Source of the DNA: Mycobacterium sp.
GTDB taxonomy: Bacteria > Actinomycetota > Actinomycetes > Mycobacteriales > Mycobacteriaceae
Assembly (NCBI RefSeq): GCF_049281135.1
Contig: NZ_JBAPRN010000188.1
Location: 1 to 52,581, forward strand
Direction of reading: 5' to 3'
Length of the DNA: 52,581 nucleotides
The notes beneath the pieces are model-generated. The model was not told the DNA's origin. It did no database searches and worked only from the letters and a program-made list of their open reading frames with translations. The translations under genes were made by a program, and so were the position numbers. Of the stretch, positions 9,422 through 18,977 are shown one piece after another. The number at the start of each line of letters is the position of its first letter. Positions within the stretch are counted from its first letter, which is position 1.

Positions 9422-9453
9422 TGAATCTCGGCTCACCATTGAAAGTCATTTCA
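9422..9453. promoter_or_regulatory. Bipartite operator TGA-N8-TCA-N4-TGA-N8-TCA
   Basis: TGAATCTCGGCTCA CCAT TGAAAGTCATTTCA upstream of the 9673 gene. Confidence 0.6.
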
Positions 9454-9672
9454 CCGTAGGTTAGTTTGGCCAATATCTGGGTGATCCGGGTGCCCAGACT
9501 CGGAAAGTGGGCGGTGTTGACAATTGTTCAGTGCCCGCGCGTGCGGCAGGTCTTGCGGGGCCGCGTCATTGGGCACGGGCAAGGCTTTGCCGGCCATCGC
9601 CGCTCATTGAGCGCTCCGACATCTGGTTTCGAGCTGCCCGACCTGTCAGCCCAATCGTAGGGAGTAATCGTC

Positions 9673-10491
9673 ATGGCACTGCAGCACGACATCGGTGGCG
9701 GGACTGACTTTGAAGGCGGGACGACGGCGATGTCCGTCGAGGCAGCCGGTGCTTCGGGATCTTCGGCGATCAGGGTTCAGCAAACCTTCCAGCGGCTATG
9801 TGCGATTAGCGGTGTGGTGTGTCCCTTGTTGTTCTTCGGGGGCCTGCTGTTTTGTGGGTTCTTGCCGCCGTTGCGGCCCGGTGCGTCGGCGATCCAGATC
9901 GCTGCGCACTATCAGCAGCACGCGACCGGTATCCGGTTCGGTGCGGCCTTGATCCTTCTCGCGTCGATGTTCTACATCGTCTACTCGGGAGCGATTTACG
10001 GTCAGATCCGCCGCATTCCGGGGTCTGGACACACCGCCGCGGGGGTTGCGCTAGCCGGCGGTGCGGTGGCCGCGGTGACGTTCATGATGCCGGCGATGCT
10101 GTGGGCGGTGACCGCGTTTCGCCCTGAGCGGTCACCGGAGACCACCCAGACGCTCAATGACATGGCGTGGTTCATCGTGGTGATGCCATGGGCGCCGTTT
10201 ATGGCCCAGAACTTCGCGTTCGCCTTTGCGATCCTCACCGATTCCCGGCGCAGACCCCTGTTTCCGCGATGGCTTGGGTACCTCAACATCTGGGCGACGA
10301 TTGTCTACACCCCAGCGATCGTGTTGCAGTTCTTCAAAGATGGGCCGTTCGCATGGAACGGAGTCTTCGTGTTCTGGTTGCCTGCGGTGGTCTTCGGCAT
10401 CCAGTTCGTCGCAAACACTGTCTGGCTGGTCAAAGCGGTGAAGTACCCGACCTCACCGGAAAGCGATCACCTCGACCGCCATATCACCTGA
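9673..10491 (+). CDS. Uncharacterised multi-pass membrane protein (family A, copy 2)
   Basis: FQRLCAISG, GFLPP, AFRPERSP, PLFPRW, GPFAWNG; closely similar to 2307-3059. Confidence 0.85.
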   Translation: MALQHDIGGGTDFEGGTTAMSVEAAGASGSSAIRVQQTFQRLCAISGVVCPLLFFGGLLFCGFLPPLRPGASAIQIAAHYQQHATGIRFGAALILLASMFYIVYSGAIYGQIRRIPGSGHTAAGVALAGGAVAAVTFMMPAMLWAVTAFRPERSPETTQTLNDMAWFIVVMPWAPFMAQNFAFAFAILTDSRRRPLFPRWLGYLNIWATIVYTPAIVLQFFKDGPFAWNGVFVFWLPAVVFGIQFVANTVWLVKAVKYPTSPESDHLDRHIT

Positions 10492-10680
10492 CTGCAGCCG
10501 GACCGAGCCCGCGCCGCAGTCGACGGTCACTCGATCGCCGATGGGCAGCCTGCGCCTGCCGTCCCCAGTGGTTATGACACTAAGGATTCCGAGTTCACTG
10601 GCAACGATTTCGCCGTGAGACAAAGACCCGCCGATGTCGATGACGACCGGGGGAACCGAGCGGATGAGGGTCGGACGCCT
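10492..10680 (-). pseudogene. Remnant of a PEP-utilising enzyme phospho-His (mobile) domain
   Basis: Minus strand from 10647 reads VVIDIGGSLSHGEIVASELGILSVITTGDGRRRLPIGDRVTVDCGAGSV; aligns with the C-terminus of 24035-25654; no start codon. Confidence 0.75.
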
Positions 10681-10836
10681 TCTGCAGAAGTCGCTATATG
10701 ATAGATTGATTTTTGACGGTGACTACCCAGCAGAGCGGTATCGAATTGAGTTCGGCGACAACGGATATGACCGCCCTGGCCGCCCCGCTGGGCATGCCGG
10801 CCGACGGGCACTGACGGCACGACAGAACGGATCCAG

Positions 10837-11751
10837 ATGCGGTTCACGCTCGAGTACCCGGTCGCCCATCCCTCGTACAACGAGGAATTCCTCGACCCCG
10901 ACGTGGTGAGCGCCGTCGCGCAAAGCGCCGAGAAGGCCGGGTTCGCCGCCGTCGGCTTCACCGAACATCCCGCTCCGTCCGACAAGTGGATGAACGCTGG
11001 TGGACACGACGCGTTGGACCCATTCTCGGCACTGGCATTCTGCGCCGCGGTCACCACCAGGCTGCGCCTGATGACGTTGCTGCTCGTCGCCCCCTATCGC
11101 AACCCGCTGCTGACCGCCAAGTCCGCGGCGACGGTCGATGTGCTGTCCAAGGGCAGGCTCGTGCTCGCGCTCGGGGCGGGCTACCTGCGATCGGAGTTCG
11201 CCGCGCTCGGGGTGGAGTTCTCCGAACGCAACGAAATACTCGACGAGGCCGTCGCGGCGATGACCGGCATCTGGTCGAACAACGCGTTCAGCTTTGCGGG
11301 CAAACACTTCACGGCGATCGCGCAGACTGCGCGGCCCCGGCCGGTTCAGCAGCCGGTGCCGATCTGGTTCGGCGGTAACAGCGAGCACGCCCGCCGGCGG
11401 GTGGCCCGCAGCGGGCAGGGCTGGGCGCCGCTGATGAACGACCCGACGTCGGCCAAAACCAACCGCACCGCGCTGCTGGACACTCCCGAAAAGCTCGGCG
11501 TCGCAATCGGGCAGCTACGTGATTTCGTGGCCGCCGAGGGCCGCGACCCCGCCGGGGTCGACGTCCAGGTCGCGACACCGCAGGCCGGCACGTGGGCGTG
11601 CGAGCCCAGTCTCGAACAGCACCGCGACCACCTCGGCGAATTGGGCGCCGTCGGCGTCACGTCGTTCGTGGTCAAGATTCCCGGCGAGGACTCGCGGCTC
11701 GCGCTGGATCAACTGAACCGCTACGGAAGCGAGATCATCGCCGGCTGCTGA
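10837..11751 (+). CDS. LLM-class (probably F420-dependent) oxidoreductase, Rv2161c/TIGR03619-like
   Basis: FTEHPAPS, DPFSALAFCAAVTTRLRL, PYRNPLLTAKSAATVDVLSKGR, PVPIWFGGNS. Confidence 0.88.
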   Translation: MRFTLEYPVAHPSYNEEFLDPDVVSAVAQSAEKAGFAAVGFTEHPAPSDKWMNAGGHDALDPFSALAFCAAVTTRLRLMTLLLVAPYRNPLLTAKSAATVDVLSKGRLVLALGAGYLRSEFAALGVEFSERNEILDEAVAAMTGIWSNNAFSFAGKHFTAIAQTARPRPVQQPVPIWFGGNSEHARRRVARSGQGWAPLMNDPTSAKTNRTALLDTPEKLGVAIGQLRDFVAAEGRDPAGVDVQVATPQAGTWACEPSLEQHRDHLGELGAVGVTSFVVKIPGEDSRLALDQLNRYGSEIIAGC

Positions 11752-11764
11752 GCGCACCGCGGCA

Positions 11765-13120
11765 TCAGCGGATGGCCACGGCGTCGAACCGCTGCGTCGG
11801 GTAGTGCGCGACCATCTTGGACCCGACCGGGCCCAGCAGCGCGTGACGGCGAAGGTTGCGCCGGTGAAACAGCCACACCAGTTCCTCATCGTGCACGCCC
11901 ACGCCGGCGTCGGCCAGCACGAAACGTTCCAGCGCCGCATCGCTGTCCCACCAGGTGTCCGGCCGGTAACCCAGCACCCGCGCGACATCGTCAAGCTCCG
12001 CCTCGGCGCAATCGTCGCCGATCTCGTTGAGCCGCTGCAGATGTCGCGCCATCCGGAAGCACAGCCTCAACTGATGACCCACCAGATCGTCGTCGGCGCC
12101 CACCGAGAGTGCCCGCAGGCTGTGCACCAGATGCCCGTAGGTGTGGTCGTGGCGCGTGCGCCGCGGTTCGGCGGGCTCGACTGCGGGCAGCTCGATATCG
12201 AGCAGCTCCCCGAGAGCCTCGGTGGCATGCAGGTTGGTCTCGCTGGTCCACTGCATGTTGTTCATCAGGTCCGTCTCGTCCACCGGGTCGGAGACCGCGG
12301 GGCCGAAGATGAGCTGGTTGTCCAGCGTCGCCGCGAAGTGGTGACGTTTTATCGCCTCCAGGTCGACCTCACGGCCGGTCAGCTCGGCGTACCGTGCGTA
12401 CAGCGACCGAAAGTCGCCGTACGGGATGAGGGTGTCGCGCATCCGCCACTCGGCCAGGTCCAGCATCGGGTCTGCGACGCAACCGAACTCGAGGTCGAGC
12501 ACCGCAACCAGGTGTCCGTCGCTGTGGTGAAACTGCCCGGTGTCCCACAGGATCGGCGTCAGCCTGCCTTGGCTGCGCGGCGGGTGGCGGTGCATCCATC
12601 CCAGACAAAACTCGAGGAACGCGTCTGGGTGCTGCTTGCGTGAGCGCCACCGCTGCTCCAGATGCGCGTGGGGCCAGATCCCGGACTGCTCGGGCGCGGG
12701 TGGTCGGGCGATTCCGGCGTCCAGAAACGGTGCCGGGTCCAGGGCATGCAGACGCGCGAGGACGTGCAGGTACTCGTCGACCACGGCATCACGCTGGCCT
12801 GTGGGCACGCCTTCGAAATCGGGCTTGCCTCCCACCATCTCCATGACGACGGCGCCCAGGTCTTCGATCCAGCCGTGATGCCGGGCGACCGGGATTCCCT
12901 GCTCTTCGAGCATCCGGTGAAACGTCATCTCGTGCCGCAGCGGGAACACCTCCGTGTCGACCCTGGCACCGCGGACCACCACGCCGAAGGGCACACCGTC
13001 TCGCTCACCACGCACGAACCACGTTGGGCGCCAGCGTGTTTGCCTGCGCACCTCGGTGATTGTCATACCCAAATGCCTGGCGGTGGCGTCCGCGACCTCG
13101 GCGACCGACGGGATCGACAT
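11765..13120 (-). CDS. APH-fold phosphotransferase with helical C-terminal extension
   Basis: GIPVAR, divergent catalytic loop ILWDTGQF, VLDLEFGCVADPMLDLA. Confidence 0.8.
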   Translation of the reverse strand: MSIPSVAEVADATARHLGMTITEVRRQTRWRPTWFVRGERDGVPFGVVVRGARVDTEVFPLRHEMTFHRMLEEQGIPVARHHGWIEDLGAVVMEMVGGKPDFEGVPTGQRDAVVDEYLHVLARLHALDPAPFLDAGIARPPAPEQSGIWPHAHLEQRWRSRKQHPDAFLEFCLGWMHRHPPRSQGRLTPILWDTGQFHHSDGHLVAVLDLEFGCVADPMLDLAEWRMRDTLIPYGDFRSLYARYAELTGREVDLEAIKRHHFAATLDNQLIFGPAVSDPVDETDLMNNMQWTSETNLHATEALGELLDIELPAVEPAEPRRTRHDHTYGHLVHSLRALSVGADDDLVGHQLRLCFRMARHLQRLNEIGDDCAEAELDDVARVLGYRPDTWWDSDAALERFVLADAGVGVHDEELVWLFHRRNLRRHALLGPVGSKMVAHYPTQRFDAVAIR

Positions 13121-13340
13121 GGGCCTCCGTTCCAAACGCGGCGCAATAATTCGATATATGTTAAGTCGGTTTATCGTCTGAGGCAATGGCTAGGAGACAC
13201 TTTCAGCTCGTCGTCACCCGGACGCGGCGTGGCCTGAGCGGCTGGCCCAGTTCGCGGCGCCACACGGCAGACACGTAACTACCGCATGCAGCACCCCTGT
13301 GTAGGACCTTCCACGTCGTTGACCCTGCTACGGCAGCTCT

Positions 13341-13370
13341 CTATATTGATATAGCTAGGCTCAATAATAG
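13341..13370. promoter_or_regulatory. AT-rich imperfect inverted repeat upstream of fadD (candidate operator)
   Basis: CTATATTGA-N11-TCAATAATAG. Confidence 0.4.
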
Positions 13371-13392
13371 GTGGCTGCAGCGAAGGCAGGCG

Positions 13393-14907
13393 ATGCCGAC
13401 CATAGGTGGAACGGCCTTACTCAACGCCAACCGGGTTGGCGAACGTGAGGCGATCGTCACCGCCGAGCAACGGTGGACCTGGCGAGAACTGGAGACCGAC
13501 ATCTCCAATGCCGCGGCGGCGCTGGCCGCGTTCGGGGTGCGGCAACATGACCGAATCGCCATCCTGTCGGCAAACTCGGCCGAATTCATCATCGCCTCCC
13601 ACGCCGCGTCGCGGCTCGGCGCGATCGTCGTGCCGGTAAACACCAGATTGGCCGCACCGGAGCTGGTCTACATCCTGGACGATTCCACCAGCACCGTATT
13701 GGCTTTCGGCGCCGGTGAAGCCCACCTTGCCGAGGCCGCAGCTCGCACCGCGGCACCCATCACATTGCTCTCGCTTGGCGCGTCGACACGCTATCCCGAT
13801 CTGCTCGCCGGCGGCTACGGCGATGCCGTACATGAAGATCGCGCCGTCGAGCAAGACGACGCGTTCATTCTGTACACCTCCGGGACCACCGGAAAACCCA
13901 AGGGTGTGCTGCTGGATCACCACCGTGCAGTGTGGGCGGCGATGGCACAGATCATCTCGCTGGGCCTGCGTGACGGCGATCGCTACCTGCACTTGGCGCC
14001 GATGTACCACTCGGGTGGAATGACCTTCTTGAATGCGACGACGCTGCTGGGCGGAACCCACATCGTCGTTCCGAGGTTTGATTCGACGACAGTCCTGGAG
14101 ATGGTCGAGAGATACAGGGCAACATGGCTTTTCGCTGTCCCGACCATGTATCAGCAGATCCTCGGCTGTTATAAGGCGAACCATTGTGACCTGACATCGT
14201 GGCGAATTGGAATATTCGGTGCCGCGCCGATGCCGGCGGCCGCCATCGAGCGGCTGCTGGCCACGTTTCCGCACGTCGCCTTCTTCCAGCAATGTGGCCA
14301 GACCGAAGCCGGACCCACCGGGATCTACTCGACGATGGAGCAGGTGCGGAGTCAACCGCAGTCATCTGGCCACCTCGCACAGCCCTTTATCGAGGCTCGT
14401 GTTGTCGACGAGGACGGTAACGACACGCCTCCCGGCCAGGTTGGCGAACTCGTATTTCGTGGCGAGGCCATCACCAAGGGTTACTGGAACCAACCGCAAG
14501 CCACGCTGGAGGTTATCCGCGACGGGTGGTTGCACACAGGTGACTTGATGCAGGTGTGCGACGACGGTGCCATGCGTCTGGTCGACAGACTGAAAGACGT
14601 CATCATCACCGGAGGGCGCAACGTGTACTCGGCAGAAGTCGAACAGGCAATCGCCGACCATCCGGAGGTAATCGATGTCGCCGTGGTGGGCCGCCCAGAC
14701 CCTGAATGGGGCGAAACGATCGTGGCGTTCCTCACCGCGGTCGATGGGTCTGATCTCACGCCCGCCTCGATACGACAGTACTGCACCTCTCGCATCGCCG
14801 GTTACAAGATCCCGCGCGAGTTCATTTTCGCGCTCATCCCGCGCAATGGCGCCGGAAAGGCCCAAAAACACTTGCTGAGAAACAGATTGGCTTCGAAGCG
14901 TGCTTAG
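13393..14907 (+). CDS. Acyl-CoA synthetase (FadD, AMP-binding)
   Basis: YTSGTTGKPKG, GQTEAG, GWLHTGD, DRLKDVIITGG. Confidence 0.95.
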   Translation: MPTIGGTALLNANRVGEREAIVTAEQRWTWRELETDISNAAAALAAFGVRQHDRIAILSANSAEFIIASHAASRLGAIVVPVNTRLAAPELVYILDDSTSTVLAFGAGEAHLAEAAARTAAPITLLSLGASTRYPDLLAGGYGDAVHEDRAVEQDDAFILYTSGTTGKPKGVLLDHHRAVWAAMAQIISLGLRDGDRYLHLAPMYHSGGMTFLNATTLLGGTHIVVPRFDSTTVLEMVERYRATWLFAVPTMYQQILGCYKANHCDLTSWRIGIFGAAPMPAAAIERLLATFPHVAFFQQCGQTEAGPTGIYSTMEQVRSQPQSSGHLAQPFIEARVVDEDGNDTPPGQVGELVFRGEAITKGYWNQPQATLEVIRDGWLHTGDLMQVCDDGAMRLVDRLKDVIITGGRNVYSAEVEQAIADHPEVIDVAVVGRPDPEWGETIVAFLTAVDGSDLTPASIRQYCTSRIAGYKIPREFIFALIPRNGAGKAQKHLLRNRLASKRA

Positions 14908-14956
14908 CTCGGGTGCTCGCGGTTGAGCCCTGATTCGTGTTACTGAATTGGCGAAG

Positions 14957-15763
14957 TCAGTCGGTTTCTTTGGTGATGTGTTCCCAGTCGGCGTACTCGG
15001 CGAGTCGGGCGGCCTGGGTATCGCGCACCCACTTCAGCCCGTCGGTGTTGATGGCGAGATGCTGTGGCGGCTGGTCGGTTCCGGTGATATCTGCGACAGC
15101 GCCCATGGACTTGGGGATGTCGCCGAAGTGTGCGGTGTCGAAGATATGCTGCATGCTGGCGTAAGTCTCGTTGTAGGCGTCCATGCGGGTAGCGTTCTTG
15201 ACGTTCTCGAAGAATTTCGTCATGTAACCGGCGGGCTCAACGAGTGTGATCTTGACGCCAAGTGGTTCGCATTCCATTTGCAGGCCTTCGACGAGACTGC
15301 GCACGGCCGCCTTGGACGACGCGTAGACGGTCATGGTCGGGAAGCTCAGGTGCGCGCTCATCGAGCCGACGACCAAGATGTGACCACCCCGGCGTGCACG
15401 GAACTGGGGCAAAACCGCCTGCACGACGTTGAGCACGCCGACCACATTCGTCTCGTACTCAGCGCGCAACTCTGCCGGAGTCACCTCTTCGATCGCGCCC
15501 ACCTGTCCGTATCCGGCGACATTCAACAGGGCGTCGAGCTGGCCGAACTTCTCGCCGGCAAACGCCAGCGCCGCATCGATCGACGGTCGGTCGGTCACGT
15601 CTATGTGCGTGACCGCGGTATTTTTCAGCTCTGCGAATCGCGGATTGGCGGCAGCCACGTTGCGCATGGCGGCCACAACGTTCCATCCGCGTCGCGCGTA
15701 CTCAAAGACAGCGGCCTCACCCAAACCGGAGCTGGTGCCTGAAATCAAGATGGTCTTACTCAC
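14957..15763 (-). CDS. Short-chain dehydrogenase/reductase
   Basis: SGTSSGLG, NVAG, YASSK. Confidence 0.92.
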   Translation of the reverse strand: MSKTILISGTSSGLGEAAVFEYARRGWNVVAAMRNVAAANPRFAELKNTAVTHIDVTDRPSIDAALAFAGEKFGQLDALLNVAGYGQVGAIEEVTPAELRAEYETNVVGVLNVVQAVLPQFRARRGGHILVVGSMSAHLSFPTMTVYASSKAAVRSLVEGLQMECEPLGVKITLVEPAGYMTKFFENVKNATRMDAYNETYASMQHIFDTAHFGDIPKSMGAVADITGTDQPPQHLAINTDGLKWVRDTQAARLAEYADWEHITKETD

Positions 15764-16026
15764 GGATTAACGCCTTCCAGATCGATGACCTTAAATGTCT
15801 GCGTCTCATAGTGGCTATGACATCGGTCGGCCGTCGATGTGCCAGCGGATACCGTTGATGCATCGCCGGTGTCCTTGCAGACACTTCTTTTGATGCCGGC
15901 GCTACCGACACATGGTTCCCCAGGCGATGTTCGTGTGGCTCGGCACACGCCTGCGCGGACCTCGAGGCGTCCGCAGCGCTGGGCATGTGACCGCGGCGGT
16001 AGGTGCCGCTTGTTGCGCCAATTGAG

Positions 16027-16722
16027 TCACTTCCGCCTATTCTTGGCGGCCGGTTTGACCGCCCGCACTTCTGTTGGCCGGCGCGCCACGCCACAGCCGC
16101 TGAGATACACCACCCGCCAAACGATCTCGACGAGCGCATCGAGCTGACGCTCGACCTCGCCGTCGTCGGCGGTTCCGACCAGTTGATAGAGCCCGCGTTC
16201 GATCATCGCGATGAGCCATTGCGCGGTGCGTGCGGCGTCCAGATCGGCATCGGCCACTCCGGCACGCTGCGCGTCGCCGATATAGCTTGTCAGCGCGGAC
16301 ACCACTTGGTTGATCAGGTTCTGCTGCTGTTCTTGCGCCCGCGGGTCATACGCCGCGGTCTCGGCTACGGTTCCCAGAATTGTTCGGTGTTTACGGTAGG
16401 TGTCGATCGGCACACGCAAGGCCTTGCGCAGATCGTCGCGCGTTCCGTCGACGGGAAGCTCCCACCACGACGCGCCATCGGCGAGCAGGTCGCCGATTAC
16501 GTCCTGCGCCATTGCGACAAGCAGATCACCCTTGTCATCAAAGTAGACATAGAACGTGGAGCGTGAAATGCCACCCGCGGTGATAATCGCCTCGACGCTC
16601 AGGTCGGCGTACCTCACCCCGTTCTCGACCAGATTTTCGACGACGCTTACGAAATGCCGACTGAGCATGCCGCGGCGCTGAGGCCTTGACAGTTGCAAAG
16701 GTCGAGGGCGTGACGCGTTCAC
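16027..16722 (-). CDS. TetR family regulator, EthR-like
   Basis: LSVEAIITAGGISRSTFYVYFDDKGDLL; C-terminal LVEIVWRVVY. Confidence 0.88.
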   Translation of the reverse strand: MNASRPRPLQLSRPQRRGMLSRHFVSVVENLVENGVRYADLSVEAIITAGGISRSTFYVYFDDKGDLLVAMAQDVIGDLLADGASWWELPVDGTRDDLRKALRVPIDTYRKHRTILGTVAETAAYDPRAQEQQQNLINQVVSALTSYIGDAQRAGVADADLDAARTAQWLIAMIERGLYQLVGTADDGEVERQLDALVEIVWRVVYLSGCGVARRPTEVRAVKPAAKNRRK

Positions 16723-16767
16723 GCGACGAGTATACGCAGTGTGCAGATGATCATACAGACTGTCTTT

Positions 16768-16790
16768 TTATCAAACTCTCTGTTTGATAA
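16768..16790. promoter_or_regulatory. Perfect palindromic operator overlapping a candidate -10 of a leaderless promoter
   Basis: TTATCAAAC-TCTCT-GTTTGATAA; TAAGGT at 16788-16793, ATG at 16801, no RBS. Confidence 0.7.
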
Positions 16791-16800
16791 GGTGCACGGC

Positions 16801-18156
16801 ATGTCTGACCTGTCGAAGGTGTACGTCGTCGGCGCAGGTCCGTCGGGGCTGGCAGCGGCATGGCGGTTACAAGAGGCCGGTCGCGACGTCGTAGTGCTGG
16901 AATCCCGGGATCGTGTTGGTGGACAACTGTTGTCGATCAAACGCGACGGCTATCTGATGGAAGCCGGAACGACGATCCTGCCCGCCGCCTACGACAGCGT
17001 GATGCAGCTGGTCGAGGACATCGGCATGACCGATGAGTTGATACCGGCGAACTCGTTGATGGGGTTCATGCGCGGCAGTCAGATGCATTACCTGCGGGCG
17101 AACCGGCTCGTGATCGACGCGGCGCGCACAAAGCTGTTGTCGGCGCGCTCCAAGTTGAAGGTTGCCAGGCTCGCTGCAGACTCGTTCAAGCTGCGCAAAC
17201 TGCTCAGCTACGAAGACTTGTCCGTCGCGGGCGCCTACGACACCGAGACGCCCGAACAATATTGCCTGCGGCGCGGCCTCGACGGCGAGCTGTACGACTA
17301 TCTGATAGAGCCCACCGTGCGTGGTGGAGCCGGCGTGCCGGCCAACGTGATCTCGGTGGTGGAGTTCTTCTTCCTTTGGCAGAAGGTGCTTGGCACCAAG
17401 CTGTATGCGTTCCGCGACGGCTATTCCTCGTTCCCCAACCGGCTGGCCGCCGCCATACCCGACGTGCGGCTGGACACCGAAGTTGTCGAAGTCGTCGAAG
17501 ACGCCAAGGGCGTGACGATCACCTGCGTCGGGGCTGACGGCAAGCAATACACAGAACGCGGTGCCGGAGCCATCGTCAGTTCCATGGGCAACAGAATCCC
17601 TGAGATCGTGCCGCAGCTCGAACCCGAACGCGCAAAGTTCTTACGGGACTTGAATTACACCTCGACGATGTCGATCAACCTCGCGCTCAATCGGATTCCG
17701 GACTGCCCGGCGTCGTTCATCGTCGTTCCCCGGCCGGTGTCCGAGGGTCTGTTCGCGATCATTCTGGAACACAACAAGGCACCGGGGCGCGCGCCGGCAG
17801 GCAAAGGCCTGGTGTCGCTGTTCATGATGAACCAGTGGGCTGTCGATCACATGGATGCCACCGACGACGACATCCTGGCCGACGTGTTGCCCGACGCGGA
17901 GAAGGCGATTCCCTGCTTAGGCAATGCGATCGAATTCGTGCGGGTCAACCGGTGGTACCCGGTGCTCGTCTACAGCCATCCCGGGTTGTACCGCGACCTA
18001 GGCCGTTTCCATGCTGCCCGGAATCTGAAAAGCCGTATCCACCTCGCCGGGTCTTACACCTCGTCGGGCAACGTCAACACAGCCACCACCGCCGGCGAAC
18101 GGGCCGCACGTGAGCTGTTGCAAGCACTTTCACCCGTAGTCGCATTGACCGCGTAA
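16801..18156 (+). CDS. FAD-dependent oxidoreductase (protoporphyrinogen/amine oxidase superfamily)
   Basis: VVGAGPSGL, ESRDRVGG, IHLAGSY...GERAA; first gene of a 3-gene operon. Confidence 0.85.
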   Translation: MSDLSKVYVVGAGPSGLAAAWRLQEAGRDVVVLESRDRVGGQLLSIKRDGYLMEAGTTILPAAYDSVMQLVEDIGMTDELIPANSLMGFMRGSQMHYLRANRLVIDAARTKLLSARSKLKVARLAADSFKLRKLLSYEDLSVAGAYDTETPEQYCLRRGLDGELYDYLIEPTVRGGAGVPANVISVVEFFFLWQKVLGTKLYAFRDGYSSFPNRLAAAIPDVRLDTEVVEVVEDAKGVTITCVGADGKQYTERGAGAIVSSMGNRIPEIVPQLEPERAKFLRDLNYTSTMSINLALNRIPDCPASFIVVPRPVSEGLFAIILEHNKAPGRAPAGKGLVSLFMMNQWAVDHMDATDDDILADVLPDAEKAIPCLGNAIEFVRVNRWYPVLVYSHPGLYRDLGRFHAARNLKSRIHLAGSYTSSGNVNTATTAGERAARELLQALSPVVALTA

Positions 18157-18161
18157 TCATC

Positions 18162-18977
18162 ATGGCCCAATTCAACATTCCGACGCCGCCGTCCATGGTA
18201 TTCCCGCGGATACCGCAGACGATCGCCGAGATTGTCCTGTGGATCGTGGTGGTCGCGTTCGTGGCCTTCGCGGTGCATCAGTGGCGGCGAACGGCTTCGC
18301 CGCTGGGCCTGGTGCTGCTGGCGGGCGGCGGGATTGCGCTATTCAACGAACCGCTCGACGACATCTTGGGTCTGGTGCACCACCCCAGGGCGGGTCAGGA
18401 TGTGGTCTTCGAGACGATGGGCCCGATTCCGCACTGGGGGCTACCCACCTACATCCTCTTCTTCGGAGGCATCGCATACGTATTGCTACTCGAACTGCGT
18501 AAATTGACCTTCACTCCGCGCGCGTTCTGGACCGGCATCGCCATCACCTTTGTCGCTGACCTACTCATCGAGTTGCCGCTGCTGCACTTTCGGCTCTACA
18601 CATACTTCGGCTACGGGCAGGTGCCGATGAGCATCGGTGGATTTCCGTTGTACTGGCTGTTCATCAACACCACGGGCCCAATCCTCTGTGCGGCCATCCT
18701 GTTCGCGGTGCCGGGCTACTTCACGGGCTGGCGGGCTCCGCTGGTGCTGTTTCTGCCACTGGTCACCGACGCTGGCTGCAGCGCGGCCGTGGGTCTGCCC
18801 GTGTACAACGCACTGCACGTGCCGGGCGCCTCGGCATGGGTGACCTGGGTCGGCGCAGTCCTTTCCTGCGCAATCGGTTTGGCGATCCTCGACGCGCTGG
18901 CACGCTGGATCTACACCCACACCCTCAGGATGCACAAGGCCGCGGAACCGGCCGAACAACTGCAGCCGCAGTCATGA
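18162..18977 (+). CDS. Multi-pass membrane protein (family C, copy 2)
   Basis: NEPLDDILGLVHHP, ELPLLHFRLYTYFG, GGFPLYWLFINT. Confidence 0.82.
   Translation: MAQFNIPTPPSMVFPRIPQTIAEIVLWIVVVAFVAFAVHQWRRTASPLGLVLLAGGGIALFNEPLDDILGLVHHPRAGQDVVFETMGPIPHWGLPTYILFFGGIAYVLLLELRKLTFTPRAFWTGIAITFVADLLIELPLLHFRLYTYFGYGQVPMSIGGFPLYWLFINTTGPILCAAILFAVPGYFTGWRAPLVLFLPLVTDAGCSAAVGLPVYNALHVPGASAWVTWVGAVLSCAIGLAILDALARWIYTHTLRMHKAAEPAEQLQPQS

Noticed and set aside
16801..18156. Calling this hemY/hemG
   Set aside because: Only superfamily motifs are present, there are no heme genes nearby, and it has a dedicated TetR operon
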